From assembly GCF_028368995.1 (NCBI RefSeq), contig NZ_JAQNDL010000001.1, positions 3,072,001 through 3,136,000 of the forward strand: 64,000 nt of DNA, read 5' to 3'. The position numbers and the translations under genes are program-made. This DNA comes from Nannocystis bainbridge (GTDB lineage: Bacteria; Myxococcota_A; Polyangia; Nannocystales; Nannocystaceae). The notes beneath the pieces are model-generated. The model saw nothing but the letters and a program-made list of their open reading frames with translations, did no database searches and was not told where the DNA came from. Position 1 is the first letter of the stretch; each line of letters begins with the position of its first letter. Shown here piece by piece: positions 63,259-64,000 of this stretch.

Positions 63259-64000
63259 GTGAGTACCGGACGATACCGCATCCAATCGGTGGCCGAGATG
63301 ACCGGCGTGTCGGCGGCCACCCTGCGCGCCTGGGAGCGTCGCTACGGCCTGCCCGCCCCCCGGCGCTCGTCGTCGGCCTACCGCCTCTACAGCGACCGTG
63401 ACGTCGAGCGGATCCGCCGCGTGCGCGAGCTGTGCGAGGCGGGCATGGCGCCGTCCGAAGCCGCACGCAGCGTGCTCGCCACCGACGACGAGAGCGCCGT
63501 GGCCGCCCGCGTCGAGGCCGACAACGACGAGCTCGCCGTCCAGCGGATCCTCGAGGCCGTCGACCACTTCGACCCCGACCGCATCGAGGCCGCCGTCAAG
63601 AGCTCGCTGTTCCTCGGCCCGGCCGTTACCCTGTTCGAGCGGGTGTTCAGCCCCGCCCTCGTGCAGCTCGGCGAGCGCTGGGCCCAGGGCACCGTCAGCG
63701 TCGCCCAGGAACACCTGGCCGCCGAGATCCTCGGCAACACCATGCGCTTCCTGCTGCGCCTCGTGCAGCCCGAGCGCGCGCGCCGGCAGGTCGTGCTGGC
63801 CTGCTTCGCCGACGAGGAGCACACCGGCCCGCTCTACGGCGTCGGCCTGCGCCTGGCCACCTGGGGCGTCAAGTCGATCGTGCTCGGGGCCCGCACCCCG
63901 CCCGAGGCCGTGCGCCACATGATCGACGAGCTGCGCCCCGACATCGTCGGCCTGTCCGCCACCGTCGTCCCCCCTCCCGAGCGCCTCCACGCCCTCCTCG
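63259..64000 (+). CDS. MerR family regulator with cobalamin-binding domain (CarH/CarA-like), runs off the window
   Basis: Not in ORF track. YRIQSVAEMTGVSAATLRAWERRYG...YRLYS HTH; GERWAQGTVSVAQEH (W-x9-EH); EEH; LGA.TP. Confidence 0.88.
   Translation, partial: MSTGRYRIQSVAEMTGVSAATLRAWERRYGLPAPRRSSSAYRLYSDRDVERIRRVRELCEAGMAPSEAARSVLATDDESAVAARVEADNDELAVQRILEAVDHFDPDRIEAAVKSSLFLGPAVTLFERVFSPALVQLGERWAQGTVSVAQEHLAAEILGNTMRFLLRLVQPERARRQVVLACFADEEHTGPLYGVGLRLATWGVKSIVLGARTPPEAVRHMIDELRPDIVGLSATVVPPPERLHALL

Overview
High-GC chromosomal window that reads as a myxobacterium (Nannocystis-like, inferred from MglA, CarH-like, Cys-rich/Thr-rich lipoprotein families and Ser/Thr kinase content). About 60 genes: housekeeping/metabolic (pyk, glgC-glgA, corA, cstA, 3-hydroxyacyl-CoA dehydrogenase, amidase, chaC), a LytS/LytTR two-component locus, rtcR-rtcB-rtcA with a sigma54 promoter, a divergent EF-Tu paralog, a four-gene cyanophycin locus (iadA-cphB-cphA plus an ATP-grasp-less cphA-like gene), an ECF sigma/anti-sigma pair, many secreted lipoproteins and one tRNA-Leu with the unusual anticodon AAG. 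No transposase, integrase, prophage or CRISPR array was seen. The most striking unexplained structure is a 14-bp palindromic unit, TGYYY-N4-RRRCA (core TGTCC-N4-GGACA), found at dozens of sites, often head-to-tail in exact 14-bp register, both between genes and translated inside genes. Other leads: shared 21-bp-spaced LytTR boxes linking two loci, a caspase-like protein with both catalytic residues changed to Arg, and an EF-Tu paralog with an altered amino-acid pocket and a candidate leader peptide. Product calls come from motif recognition only; no database searches were run, and start codons are best estimates.
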